Source of the DNA: Deltaproteobacteria bacterium
GTDB lineage: Bacteria > Myxococcota_A > Polyangia > Polyangiales > Houyiibacteriaceae
Length of the DNA stretch: 64,000 nucleotides
Assembly: GCA_034670305.1 (NCBI GenBank)
Contig: JAXMNT010000008.1
Span: forward strand, 128,001-192,000
Direction: 5' to 3'
The notes beneath the pieces were generated by a model. It was given only the letters and a program-made list of their open reading frames with translations. It ran no database searches and was not told where the DNA came from. The position numbers were made by a program, and so were the translations under genes. Shown here piece after piece: positions 18,698 to 27,412 of this stretch. Numbering within the stretch: the stretch's first letter is position 1; each line of letters starts with the position of its first letter.

Positions 18698-20680
18698 ATG
18701 GCCGAACGAGACCGCCCGTGGATCATGCGTACCTACGCGGGGCACAGCACGGCCGCTGCCAGCAACGCCCTGTACCGAACGAACCTGTCGCGTGGACAGA
18801 CCGGGTTGAGCGTGGCGTTCGACCTGCCCACCCAGACCGGGTTCGACCCCGACCACCCGCTCGCGCGCGGTGAGGTCGGCAAGGTGGGGGTGCCGATCGC
18901 GCATCTCGGCGACATGCGGGCGCTCTTCGATGGGTTGCCGCTCGATCGCATGAACACGTCGATGACGATCAACGCGACCGCGCCCTGGTTGCTCGCGCTG
19001 TACATCGCGCTCGCCGAAGAGCGGGGCACACCGCTCGAGGCGCTGCGCGGCACGACCCAGAACGACGTCGTCAAAGAGTACCTCTCCCGCGGGACCTACG
19101 TGTTCCCGCCCGCACCCTCGCTCCGGATGACGACCGACGTCGTCGCGTTCACGGTCGAGCGGGTCCCGAAGTGGAACCCGATCAACATCTGCAGCTACCA
19201 CCTGCAGGAAGCCGGCGCGACGCCGGTGCAGGAACTCGCCTACGCGCTGTGCACCGCCATCGCCGTGCTCGACGCCGCCTGCGCGCGGGTCCCCGCGGAT
19301 CGTTTTCCAGAGGTCGTCGGTCGCATCTCGTTCTTCGTGAACGCGGGGATCCGGTTCGTCGAAGAGATGTGCAAGCTGCGCGCGTTCACCGAGCTCTGGG
19401 ACCGGGTCTGCAAAGAACGCTACGGGGTGACGGATCCGAAGATGCGCCGCTTCCGCTACGGGGTGCAGGTGAACTCGCTCGGACTCACCGAACAGCAGCC
19501 GGAGAACAACATCCTGCGCATCGTGCTGGAGATGCTCTCGGTGACGCTCAGCAAAGACGCGCGGGCCCGCGCGGTGCAGTTGCCGGCCTGGAACGAAGCG
19601 CTCGGATTGCCTCGGCCGTGGGACCAGCAGTGGTCGCTGCGCGCACAACAGATCCTCGCGCTCGAGACCGACCTCCTCGAGAACCCCGACCTCTTCGAAG
19701 GCAGTGTGGTGGTCGAGCGCAAGACCCAGGCGCTCATCGACGCCGCGTGGGCGGAGGTCCAACTGGTGCTCGAACGCGGGGGCGCCATCGCAGCGGTCGA
19801 GACCGGCTACGTGAAGCAGAAGCTCGTGGAGTCGAACGCGGCGCGCCTGCGGCGCATCGAGTCGGGGGAACAGATCGTGGTCGGGGTGAACGCCTACACG
19901 GAGTCGGCGCCCTCCCCGCTCACCCAGGATCTCGACGAAGCCATCCTGACCGTGGATCCGGCGGTCGAAGCCGCGCAGATCGAGAGCCTGAAGAAATGGC
20001 GCGGCGCGCGCGACTCGGACGCCGCCAAGCGCGCGCTCGACGCCCTGCGCGAAGCCGCCACCGCAGGACGCGAGATCATGGAACCTTCCATCGCCGCCGC
20101 GCGCGCCGGCGTGACGACCGGCGAATGGGCAGACGCGCTTCGCGACGTCTACGGCGAGTACCGGGCGCCCACCGGCGTGCAGGGCGCGGCGACCTCCACC
20201 GGGGCGCACAGTGATCGGGTGGCGGAACTCCGCGTCGAGCTGCAAGCGCTGACCGAGACACTCGGCCGCCGTCCCAAGCTCTTGGTTGGCAAACCCGGGC
20301 TCGACGGGCACAGCAACGGCGCGGAGCAGATCGCGATCAAGGCGCGCGACGTGGGGTTCGACGTCGTCTACGAAGGCATCCGCGTCACGCCGGACGACAT
20401 CGCGCGTTCGGCGCTCGAAGAAGGCGTGCACCTCGTGGGGCTGAGCATCCTGAGCGGGTCGCACCTGGCGCTCGTGCCAGACGTGCTGGAGCGGCTGCGC
20501 GCGGCGAACGTGGACGTGCCGGTGGTCGTCGGCGGCATCGTGCCCAGTGCCGACGCGGAGACTCTGCGCGCCGCGGGCGTGGCGCGGGTCTACACCCCGA
20601 AAGACTTCGCGCTCGACGCCATCATGCAGGACCTGGTCGCGCTGGTCCGCGAACGCTACGCGGGACCGGTCGATGGCTGA
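18698..20680 (+). CDS. ecm: Ethylmalonyl-CoA mutase (MeaA/Ecm), B12-dependent
   Basis: PWIMRTYAGHS, SVAFDLPTQTG, YHLQEAGA, FRYGVQVNSLGLTEQQPENN, GLDGHSNGAEQI; clustered with ccr. Confidence 0.93.
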   Translation: MAERDRPWIMRTYAGHSTAAASNALYRTNLSRGQTGLSVAFDLPTQTGFDPDHPLARGEVGKVGVPIAHLGDMRALFDGLPLDRMNTSMTINATAPWLLALYIALAEERGTPLEALRGTTQNDVVKEYLSRGTYVFPPAPSLRMTTDVVAFTVERVPKWNPINICSYHLQEAGATPVQELAYALCTAIAVLDAACARVPADRFPEVVGRISFFVNAGIRFVEEMCKLRAFTELWDRVCKERYGVTDPKMRRFRYGVQVNSLGLTEQQPENNILRIVLEMLSVTLSKDARARAVQLPAWNEALGLPRPWDQQWSLRAQQILALETDLLENPDLFEGSVVVERKTQALIDAAWAEVQLVLERGGAIAAVETGYVKQKLVESNAARLRRIESGEQIVVGVNAYTESAPSPLTQDLDEAILTVDPAVEAAQIESLKKWRGARDSDAAKRALDALREAATAGREIMEPSIAAARAGVTTGEWADALRDVYGEYRAPTGVQGAATSTGAHSDRVAELRVELQALTETLGRRPKLLVGKPGLDGHSNGAEQIAIKARDVGFDVVYEGIRVTPDDIARSALEEGVHLVGLSILSGSHLALVPDVLERLRAANVDVPVVVGGIVPSADAETLRAAGVARVYTPKDFALDAIMQDLVALVRERYAGPVDG

Positions 20681-21659
20681 TGCCGTGGCCGAGGCCACCC
20701 GGGCGGCGTCTGGCATCCGAGCAGGCGATCGAAGTGCGATCGCCTCCGCCCTCAACCTCTGCGAAGACCGCCGCCTCGCATCGCGCGATCGAATCGGCGC
20801 GTTGCTCGACGCGCTCCGCCTCGGGGTGCAACGGCTCGGACACCGCATCGGGCTCACCGGCCCGCCCGGCGTCGGCAAGAGCACGTTGGCCGGTGCGGTC
20901 GCGCGTGAACTCCGGCGACGCGGACGGACGGTGGGCGTGGTCGCGGTCGACCCGTCGTCGATCCGGAGCGGAGGCGCGCTGCTCGGGGATCGCGCACGCA
21001 TGGCGTTCGACCCAGAGGACGGCGGCTTGTTCGTCCGCAGCCTGGCGACCGAAGGCCGCGCCGGTGGTTTGAGCTGGGCCGCCCCCGCCGCCGCCGCCGT
21101 GCTCGGCGCCGCGTTCGAAGTGGTCCTGGTGGAGACCACCGGGGTGGGCCAGACGGAGACGGATGTGCGACACCTCGCAGACACCGTCGCGCTCGTCATT
21201 CAACCCGGCAGCGGAGACGCGCTGCAGTTCCTCAAAGCCGGCATCATGGAGATCCCCGACGTGCTCGTCGTGAACAAGAGCGACCAACCCCAAGCGCAGC
21301 GCGCGGTGTCCGATCTGCGATCGGCGCTGGCCACCTCGGCGTCGGTCGGAATCCAGGACGCGGACACCACCCTCGTCGCGACGAGCGCGGAAAGCGGCGA
21401 CGGGGTCGGCGCGTTCGTGGACGCCTTGGACGCACACCGCGCGTCGATCGCACCGAGCCTTGAATCCCGGCGGCACGCAGGCGAAGTCGAGTGGACCGTG
21501 CAGCTCTTCGAACGGCTGCATGGATCGCACGGCGTGGCTGCGTTGGGTGGACGCGCCGCCCTGCAAACCTCCGCCTCGACGGCCCTCGCCCACGCCGCGC
21601 CGCCTCGGGTATGCACCGACCTGAGCGACCACTTCCTCGGAACCCTCTCCCGCCCCTGA
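20673..21659 (+). CDS. meaB: MeaB/ArgK GTPase metallochaperone
   Basis: GLTGPPGVGKST, AVDPSS..SGGALLGDRARM, ETTGVGQTE, LQFLKAGIMEIPD, VNKSD. Confidence 0.93.
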   Translation: MADAVAEATRAASGIRAGDRSAIASALNLCEDRRLASRDRIGALLDALRLGVQRLGHRIGLTGPPGVGKSTLAGAVARELRRRGRTVGVVAVDPSSIRSGGALLGDRARMAFDPEDGGLFVRSLATEGRAGGLSWAAPAAAAVLGAAFEVVLVETTGVGQTETDVRHLADTVALVIQPGSGDALQFLKAGIMEIPDVLVVNKSDQPQAQRAVSDLRSALATSASVGIQDADTTLVATSAESGDGVGAFVDALDAHRASIAPSLESRRHAGEVEWTVQLFERLHGSHGVAALGGRAALQTSASTALAHAAPPRVCTDLSDHFLGTLSRP

Positions 21660-21700
21660 CGTCTCGCTTCACTCGAAACATCTGCAAGAACCGACGAACC

Positions 21701-22966
21701 ATGACCTCCCAAGCCAGCCTCAGCCGCCCCCCGAGCGACACCTCCATCGAAGGCGCCGTGCCCGTCGGCAAGATCCCGCCTCTCGGCGTGGTGCCAAGCC
21801 ACATGCACGCGTACGTGATTCGACCGGAACGGTTCGGGGAGCCGACCAAGTCGTTCCAGCAAGAAGTGATTCCGGTGTGGGACATCGGTCCCGACGAAGT
21901 GCTCATCCAAGTGATGGCCGCCGGGGTGAACTACAACGGGATCTGGGCCGGGCTCGGCCAGCCGGTGAACATCCTCAAATCGCATGGACTCGACCACCAC
22001 GTGGCGGGGAGCGACGCGTCCGGGGTGGTGTGGAAGGTTGGTTCGAACGTGAAGCGGTGGAACGTGGGCGACGAGATCGTCGTGCACTGCAACCACCTGG
22101 TGGAACCGGGCGTGTCGGATCTGCAAACCATCTGGGGCTACGAGACACCGGACGGGTCGTTCGCGCAGATGAGCCGCGTGCAGGCGCAGCAGCTCTTGCC
22201 CAAACCCAAACACCTGACCTGGGAAGAAGCGGCCAGCTACGGCCTGACCTACTTCACCGCGCACCGGATGTTGATGGACCGGGCGGACATCGAACCAGGC
22301 GAGGACGTGCTCGTCTGGGGCGCGGGCGGCGGCCTCGGGGTCTTCGCCGTGCAGCTGTGCAAGGCGGCCGGCGCACGCGCCATCGCGGTCGTGTCGAGCC
22401 CGGAGAAAGCGGAGCTCGCGATGAAGCTCGGCGCGCACGGCGTCATCGACCGCAAGGAGTTCCCCGACCTTCAGTACTGCCCGGGCCCGAACGGCGAGAC
22501 CGAAGAAGAGAAGAAGGCCCGCTTCGTCGCGATGAAGGCGTTCGGCAAACGCATCTGGGAGATCCTGGGTGAACGCAAGAGCGTCGAGGTCGTCTTCGAG
22601 CACGTCGGCAAACGGACTTTCCCGGCCAGCGTCTGGTTGGCGGCCAAACACGGACGGATCGTCATCTGCGGCGCGACCACCGGGTACGACCTGACCTTCG
22701 ACGTACGCCATCTGTGGATGCAGCAGAAGCGCATCATCGGCAGTCACTTCGCGGACGCCGACTCGGCCCGGCGCGCCAACCGCCTCGTGGAACGTGGCGC
22801 GGTGCAGCCGGTGATGACGGCACACTTCTCGTGGGCCGAGATTCCCCACGCGCACCAGCAGATGTTCGAGAACAAACTCTTCGGTACGGTGAGTTGCCTC
22901 GTGGGCGCGCCGCGCCCAGGCCTCAAGAACCTGGAAGAAACCCGCGCCGCCATCGCAGGCGCGTAG
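21701..22966 (+). CDS. ccr: Crotonyl-CoA carboxylase/reductase
   Basis: PPLGVVP..MHAYVIR, MAAGVNYNGIWA, HVAGSDASG, IWGYETPDGSFAQ, LWMQQKRIIGSHF. Confidence 0.92.
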   Translation: MTSQASLSRPPSDTSIEGAVPVGKIPPLGVVPSHMHAYVIRPERFGEPTKSFQQEVIPVWDIGPDEVLIQVMAAGVNYNGIWAGLGQPVNILKSHGLDHHVAGSDASGVVWKVGSNVKRWNVGDEIVVHCNHLVEPGVSDLQTIWGYETPDGSFAQMSRVQAQQLLPKPKHLTWEEAASYGLTYFTAHRMLMDRADIEPGEDVLVWGAGGGLGVFAVQLCKAAGARAIAVVSSPEKAELAMKLGAHGVIDRKEFPDLQYCPGPNGETEEEKKARFVAMKAFGKRIWEILGERKSVEVVFEHVGKRTFPASVWLAAKHGRIVICGATTGYDLTFDVRHLWMQQKRIIGSHFADADSARRANRLVERGAVQPVMTAHFSWAEIPHAHQQMFENKLFGTVSCLVGAPRPGLKNLEETRAAIAGA

Positions 22967-23058
22967 CCGCCTGTTACTGTCCTCCCCGTTCCGATCCGAA
23001 GTCCGGCTCCGTGGACCCCCGAAACCGCGCTGAGCCCGCACCCGAGAGAAACAAGTCC

Positions 23059-24789
23059 ATGCTGTTCGTCGTCGAAGCCATCGAAGGTCTGTATTCCCGC
23101 GCCCTGCGCGCCATGAAGGACCGGTTCGTGGTCGATGGAAAGGTGGTGGGCCGCCGGCTCAACGAAGAGCAGCTGCGGGCCCACGGCCTCGCGTACCTGG
23201 CGACCGAAGCGACCGCCTGCCGCCAGCTCTTCCTCTGGGCCCAGAAGAGCGCCGGCAGCATGGACATGACGACGCCCGATCCGGACGCCAGGCAGCCCAA
23301 ACAGACGGTGGCCCTCGACGCGCGAGTCATCGCAGCCGCTTCGGCTCCCCAGGCGTCCAGCGGAGAGTTCGAACGTCGCATCGCCGCCGCGTACCTCGGC
23401 GAAGTCGCGCGAGGCCTCCGGGGCGGGATCGATCTCGGCCCGTGCGAGACGGTCTCCCTGCACGAGCTCGGCCTCACCGACCAAGACCTCCAAGAGACCA
23501 TCCTGCAGCCCGAAGTCATCGGGTTCAGCAACGAGCTGGCCTCGGCCGAGGCGTACGTGGGCATCGCCATGGCGGCGCGTCCCCGCTCTGGCCCGGAGCG
23601 GTTCGGCAACCGCGGCTTCGACGACGACATGCTCGAGAGCGTGCGGGCCCAGTTCGCCAAGTTCGCCGACGCGGATGTGATTCCGCGGGCTCAGCAGATC
23701 CATCAGGACGACGTCCTCATCCCGATGGATCTCGTCGACAAGATGAGCGAGCTCGGCGTGTTCGGCCTCACGATCCCGGAGGAATACGACGGCCTTGGCC
23801 TCGGCAAGGTCGCCATGTGCGTCGTCACCGAAGAACTCAGCCGCGGCTACATCGGGGTGGGATCGCTGGGCACGCGGGCCGAGATCGCGGCCGAGCTGAT
23901 CCTCGGCGGCGGCACCGACGCCCAGAAGAAACACTGGTTGCCCAAGATCGCGGCTGGCGAAGTGCTTCCCACCGCGGTGTTCACCGAACCGAACACGGGC
24001 AGCGATCTGGCCCACCTCGGAACCCGTGCGGAGCGACAGGCCGACGGGAGCTACGTGCTGGTCGGTCAGAAGACGTGGATCACCCACGCGGTGCGCGCGG
24101 ATCTGATGACGGTGCTCGCGCGAACCGACGCCGACGAGGCCGGATACAGCGGGCTGAGCATGTTCTTGGCCCCGAAGACCCGGCTCGATCCGGCGCCTGG
24201 CGAACCCGAGTTCGTCGACGCGGGACTCGAAGGCACCGAGATCCAGGTGCTCGGGTACCGCGGCATGAAAGAGTACGAGCTCAGCTTCGACCAGTTCCCG
24301 GTGCCAGCCGACGCGCTGCTCGGCGCAGAGGAAGGACAGGGCTTCAAGCAGCTCATGCGCACCTTCGAGAGCGCCCGCATCCAGACCGCCGCCCGCGGCG
24401 TCGGCGTCGCCCAGGCCGCGCTGGAGGACGCGCTTCAGTACGCAGAAGATCGCGTCCAGTTCGGCCGACCGATCATCGAGTTCCCCCGAGTGGCGCGAAA
24501 GATCGGGCGGATGATCGCCCGGGTGCAGGCCGCGCGTCAGCTCACCTTCTACGCCGCGCGGCAGAAGGACCAAGACCGCCGCTGCGACCTCGAGGCGGGC
24601 ATGGCGAAGCTCCTCGCGACCCGCGCCGCCTGGGAATCCGCGGACGCAAACGTCCAGATTCATGGAGGAAACGGCTACGCGGTGGAGTACCTCGCGTCCC
24701 GGCTCCTGGTTGACGCGCGGGTGCTTTCGATCTTCGAAGGCGCCAACGAGATTCAGGCGCATGTGGTCGCGCGGCGTCTCCTCGAGTGA
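23059..24789 (+). CDS. mcd: Acyl-CoA dehydrogenase, probably methylsuccinyl-CoA dehydrogenase
   Basis: N-terminal extension HGLAYLAT; EELSRGYIGVGSLGTRAEI, FTEPNTGSDL, VLGYRGMKEY, FESARIQTAAR; gene context. Confidence 0.85.
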   Translation: MLFVVEAIEGLYSRALRAMKDRFVVDGKVVGRRLNEEQLRAHGLAYLATEATACRQLFLWAQKSAGSMDMTTPDPDARQPKQTVALDARVIAAASAPQASSGEFERRIAAAYLGEVARGLRGGIDLGPCETVSLHELGLTDQDLQETILQPEVIGFSNELASAEAYVGIAMAARPRSGPERFGNRGFDDDMLESVRAQFAKFADADVIPRAQQIHQDDVLIPMDLVDKMSELGVFGLTIPEEYDGLGLGKVAMCVVTEELSRGYIGVGSLGTRAEIAAELILGGGTDAQKKHWLPKIAAGEVLPTAVFTEPNTGSDLAHLGTRAERQADGSYVLVGQKTWITHAVRADLMTVLARTDADEAGYSGLSMFLAPKTRLDPAPGEPEFVDAGLEGTEIQVLGYRGMKEYELSFDQFPVPADALLGAEEGQGFKQLMRTFESARIQTAARGVGVAQAALEDALQYAEDRVQFGRPIIEFPRVARKIGRMIARVQAARQLTFYAARQKDQDRRCDLEAGMAKLLATRAAWESADANVQIHGGNGYAVEYLASRLLVDARVLSIFEGANEIQAHVVARRLLE

Positions 24790-24921
24790 GAATTCGGGCG
24801 GCTACGCGCTGTCCGCCCAGTCCTTCCCTGCTCTTTTTCGGCCTGTGCTCCATGTCACATCCCGAACCTCTGTGGTTCAAAATGTTTTCCATTCGCTGGC
24901 AGACCGTGTTAGCAAGCCGCC

Positions 24922-25299
24922 ATGCCGGGAAAACTAAAAATCCTTCTGGGAATGTTCGGGATCAATGCGGTCCTCGGTCTGGTCATGATGATCATGTACG
25001 AGGGTGGCATCATGGGCATCATCATGCCCTTGATCTGGATTGCGCTCTGCATGTTCGTCAAGAACAACGTGGTTCGCATCGTACTCCTCGTCCTGTCCGT
25101 GCTTGGCCTCGTCTTCGGGGTCCTCGGAGCTCTCGGCTTGGCGGCCGTGCTCGCGCTCGGATTTGGCGGTGGGGCAATCGTCCTCCTACTCACTGTGGTG
25201 TGGGGACTGATCAACAACGTCTACGCGGTCTACGCGCTCACGCGCCCCGAAGTGAAAGCTCACTTCGGCGCCGCTCCCGCAGCTCCGCCAGCAGGCTGA
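24922..25299 (+). CDS. Small membrane protein (about 4 TM)
   Basis: Almost entirely hydrophobic, ends L.RPEVKAHF. Confidence 0.7.
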   Translation: MPGKLKILLGMFGINAVLGLVMMIMYEGGIMGIIMPLIWIALCMFVKNNVVRIVLLVLSVLGLVFGVLGALGLAAVLALGFGGGAIVLLLTVVWGLINNVYAVYALTRPEVKAHFGAAPAAPPAG

Positions 25300-25491
25300 G
25301 CCCGCGGGCGCACACGGGTTCCTCGTGGACCTGGGTGTGACCGCACGCGAGTTCGCTCGCTGGGGGAGAGTTGGGAAAAACAGGGCAGGCCTCATCGAGG
25401 TTTGCCCTTTTCTCCGTCCGTCGCCCGGGTTCGGTTCGGTTCGGTCGGAACCCGCTGGCCCATGCCACAGCCCTGCGATATGGCGTGCGCC

Positions 25492-26577
25492 ATGGGCAAG
25501 AAGACGAACCCGGGTCATTTCTTCGAAGACTTCGAGCTGGGCATGGAGCTGGTGCACGCAGTGCCGCGCACCATCACCGCCGCGGACCAGTCGCTGTACA
25601 TCGCGCTCACGGGTGATCGCTCCGTGCTCCACTCAGGCGCGTCCATCGCGCGTGCGGTCGGCCTGCCTCGGGAGCCGCTGCACGAGCTGCTCGTGTTCCA
25701 CATGGTGTTCGGCAAGACGGTCAACGACATCTCGCTGAACGCGGTCGCCAACCTGGGCTACGCGGACGTGCGGTTTCTGGCGCCGGTGTACGCGGGCGAC
25801 ACCCTGCGGGCGACCTCGACCGTCATCGGGGTCAAAGAGAACTCGAGTGGCAAGACGGGCGTCGTCTGGGTGCGGACCGTCGGAAGCCGGATGGCGCTCA
25901 ACGCGAGCCCGACCGGGGACGTCCCGGTGCTCGAGTACACGCGCTGGGTGATGGTGCACAAGCGCGACCAGACCGCGCCCACCGGTCGCAAGGACGTGCC
26001 GGACCTTCCCCCGGTGGTGGCACCGGGCCGGCTCTCTGTGCCGACCCAGCTCGACTTCGGACGCTTTCCCGGATGGGCGAGTGGGGGCGCCCGCTTCGGG
26101 GACTACGAGGTCGGCGAACGCATCGATCACATCGACGGAATGACCATCGAAGAGAGCGAACACGCGCTCGCGACCCGGCTGTATCAGAACACCGCCAAGG
26201 TGCATTTCGACGCCCACGCCATGAAGGACAGCCGGTTCGGAAAACGTCTGATGTACGGCGGACACGTCATCAGCGTCTGTCGGGCGCTGAGCTTCAACGG
26301 CCTGGAGAATGCGGTCCTGACCTTGGCGTTCAACGGCGGAACGCACGCCAACCCCACCTTCGCTGGCGACACGCTCTACGCGTTCTCGGAAGTGCTCGAC
26401 GCCCAGCCCCTCCCGAACCGAGACGACTGCGGTGCCTTGCGGCTGAGACTGGTCGGCGTGAAGAACCAGAACCCCGCGCACGAGCCGCTCGAGACCATGG
26501 TGGAGAAGGACGGCAAACGCCGCCACCACCCGAACGTCGTCCTCGACCTCGACCAATGGGTCCTCGTCCCCCGCTGA
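25492..26577 (+). CDS. mch: Double hot-dog MaoC hydratase, probably mesaconyl-CoA hydratase
   Basis: KTNPGHFFEDF, HAVPRT, FGKTVNDISLNAVANLGY, YQNTAKVHF, YGGHVIS, LRLRLV. Confidence 0.87.
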   Translation: MGKKTNPGHFFEDFELGMELVHAVPRTITAADQSLYIALTGDRSVLHSGASIARAVGLPREPLHELLVFHMVFGKTVNDISLNAVANLGYADVRFLAPVYAGDTLRATSTVIGVKENSSGKTGVVWVRTVGSRMALNASPTGDVPVLEYTRWVMVHKRDQTAPTGRKDVPDLPPVVAPGRLSVPTQLDFGRFPGWASGGARFGDYEVGERIDHIDGMTIEESEHALATRLYQNTAKVHFDAHAMKDSRFGKRLMYGGHVISVCRALSFNGLENAVLTLAFNGGTHANPTFAGDTLYAFSEVLDAQPLPNRDDCGALRLRLVGVKNQNPAHEPLETMVEKDGKRRHHPNVVLDLDQWVLVPR

Positions 26578-26696
26578 TTTCTTGGCGGTACGGGCGCTAC
26601 GGCTACCGCTACGCGGCTTCGGGAGTGGCCATCGGGTGCGTGGGTCGGCGTCGACGTTGCGTGCGGAGCGGCCGCGACGGACCGCCCGGCATCGCG

Positions 26697-27008
26697 CTAC
26701 CCGCGGCTGAGCTTGTAGAGCATTGCGCAGAGGTGGTCCGCGAGGTCGTACACGTCCTCGCTCGCCTCGACGTACCCCATGACCGCCGCCACCTGAAGAG
26801 CGGCCTTGACCTCTCGCGCTTCCCCAAGCGCGCGAGAGAACCCATCCGGGTTCCTCGCCCCGCGCGCGCTCCGGGATTCCGCGATCAACAGCGGAACTGC
26901 CTGCGCCGCGCGCCGCAGCTGCGACTTCAACGAGGCCTCTCGAATGCGAGGCAAGACCTCACGGACGAGAAGCGAGAGAAGAAGAAGCGACTTGTCGAAT
27001 ACCAGCAT
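26697..27008 (-). CDS. Four-helix-bundle protein (23S rRNA IVP / bAvd-like fold family)
   Basis: LKSQLRRAAQAVPLLIAE...FSRALGEAREV..ALQVA..MGY...AMLYKL. Confidence 0.8.
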   Translation of the reverse strand: MLVFDKSLLLLSLLVREVLPRIREASLKSQLRRAAQAVPLLIAESRSARGARNPDGFSRALGEAREVKAALQVAAVMGYVEASEDVYDLADHLCAMLYKLSRG

Positions 27009-27030
27009 CAAGAACCTGCCTTGTGTACGC

Positions 27031-27178
27031 CGAGCGTGAACTCGCCCGAGGGCGCGCAGCGCCCCCAGCTGTCGGTGGGGCGGCGGGTCAAGGACGAGCA
27101 AGCGCGTAGCGCGCCAGCGAAGCGGCGGGCTTCCCGCCGGGCCGAAGGCCTCCTTGAGGCGCTGCCCCGCCGACCGCT
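27031..27178 (+). other. Structured palindromic element with several C-GNA-G triloop hairpins
   Basis: Outer stem 27067-27094 pairs with 27151-27178. Hairpins GGGCGC-GCA-GCGCCC, GCGC-GTA-GCGC, GC-GAA-GC, GGCGGG-CTT-CCCGCC, GGCC-GAA-GGCC. Confidence 0.7.
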
Positions 27179-27245
27179 ACGCTGGACCATCCATCGGGCC
27201 AGCCACCCTCTACAAGAAGGGGAGCAGCAGTTGCGTTGACTGCCA

Positions 27246-27357
27246 CGGCCTCGGCATCGGCATCGGCTTCGGCTTCGGCATCGGGCTCGGCTTCGGGCTC
27301 GGCATCGGCCTCGGCTTCTGGCTCGGCATCGGGATCGGCATCGGGATCGGCTTCGGG
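27246..27357 (+). repeat. (TCGGCN/TCGGGN)n hexamer microsatellite
   Basis: Visible 6-bp periodicity. Confidence 0.88.
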
Positions 27358-27412
27358 GCGGAAGTCACCCCCCGCAAGCCACCGGGCGTTCTGCGATACA
27401 CTCACCCCCGCC

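Noticed and set aside
18698-20680. Methylmalonyl-CoA mutase call
   Set aside because: RTYAGHS and NSLGLTEQQPENN motifs and linkage to ccr indicate ethylmalonyl-CoA mutase
26697-27008. Diversity-generating retroelement (Avd) call
   Set aside because: No reverse transcriptase or TR/VR pair in the window; only the fold family is shared
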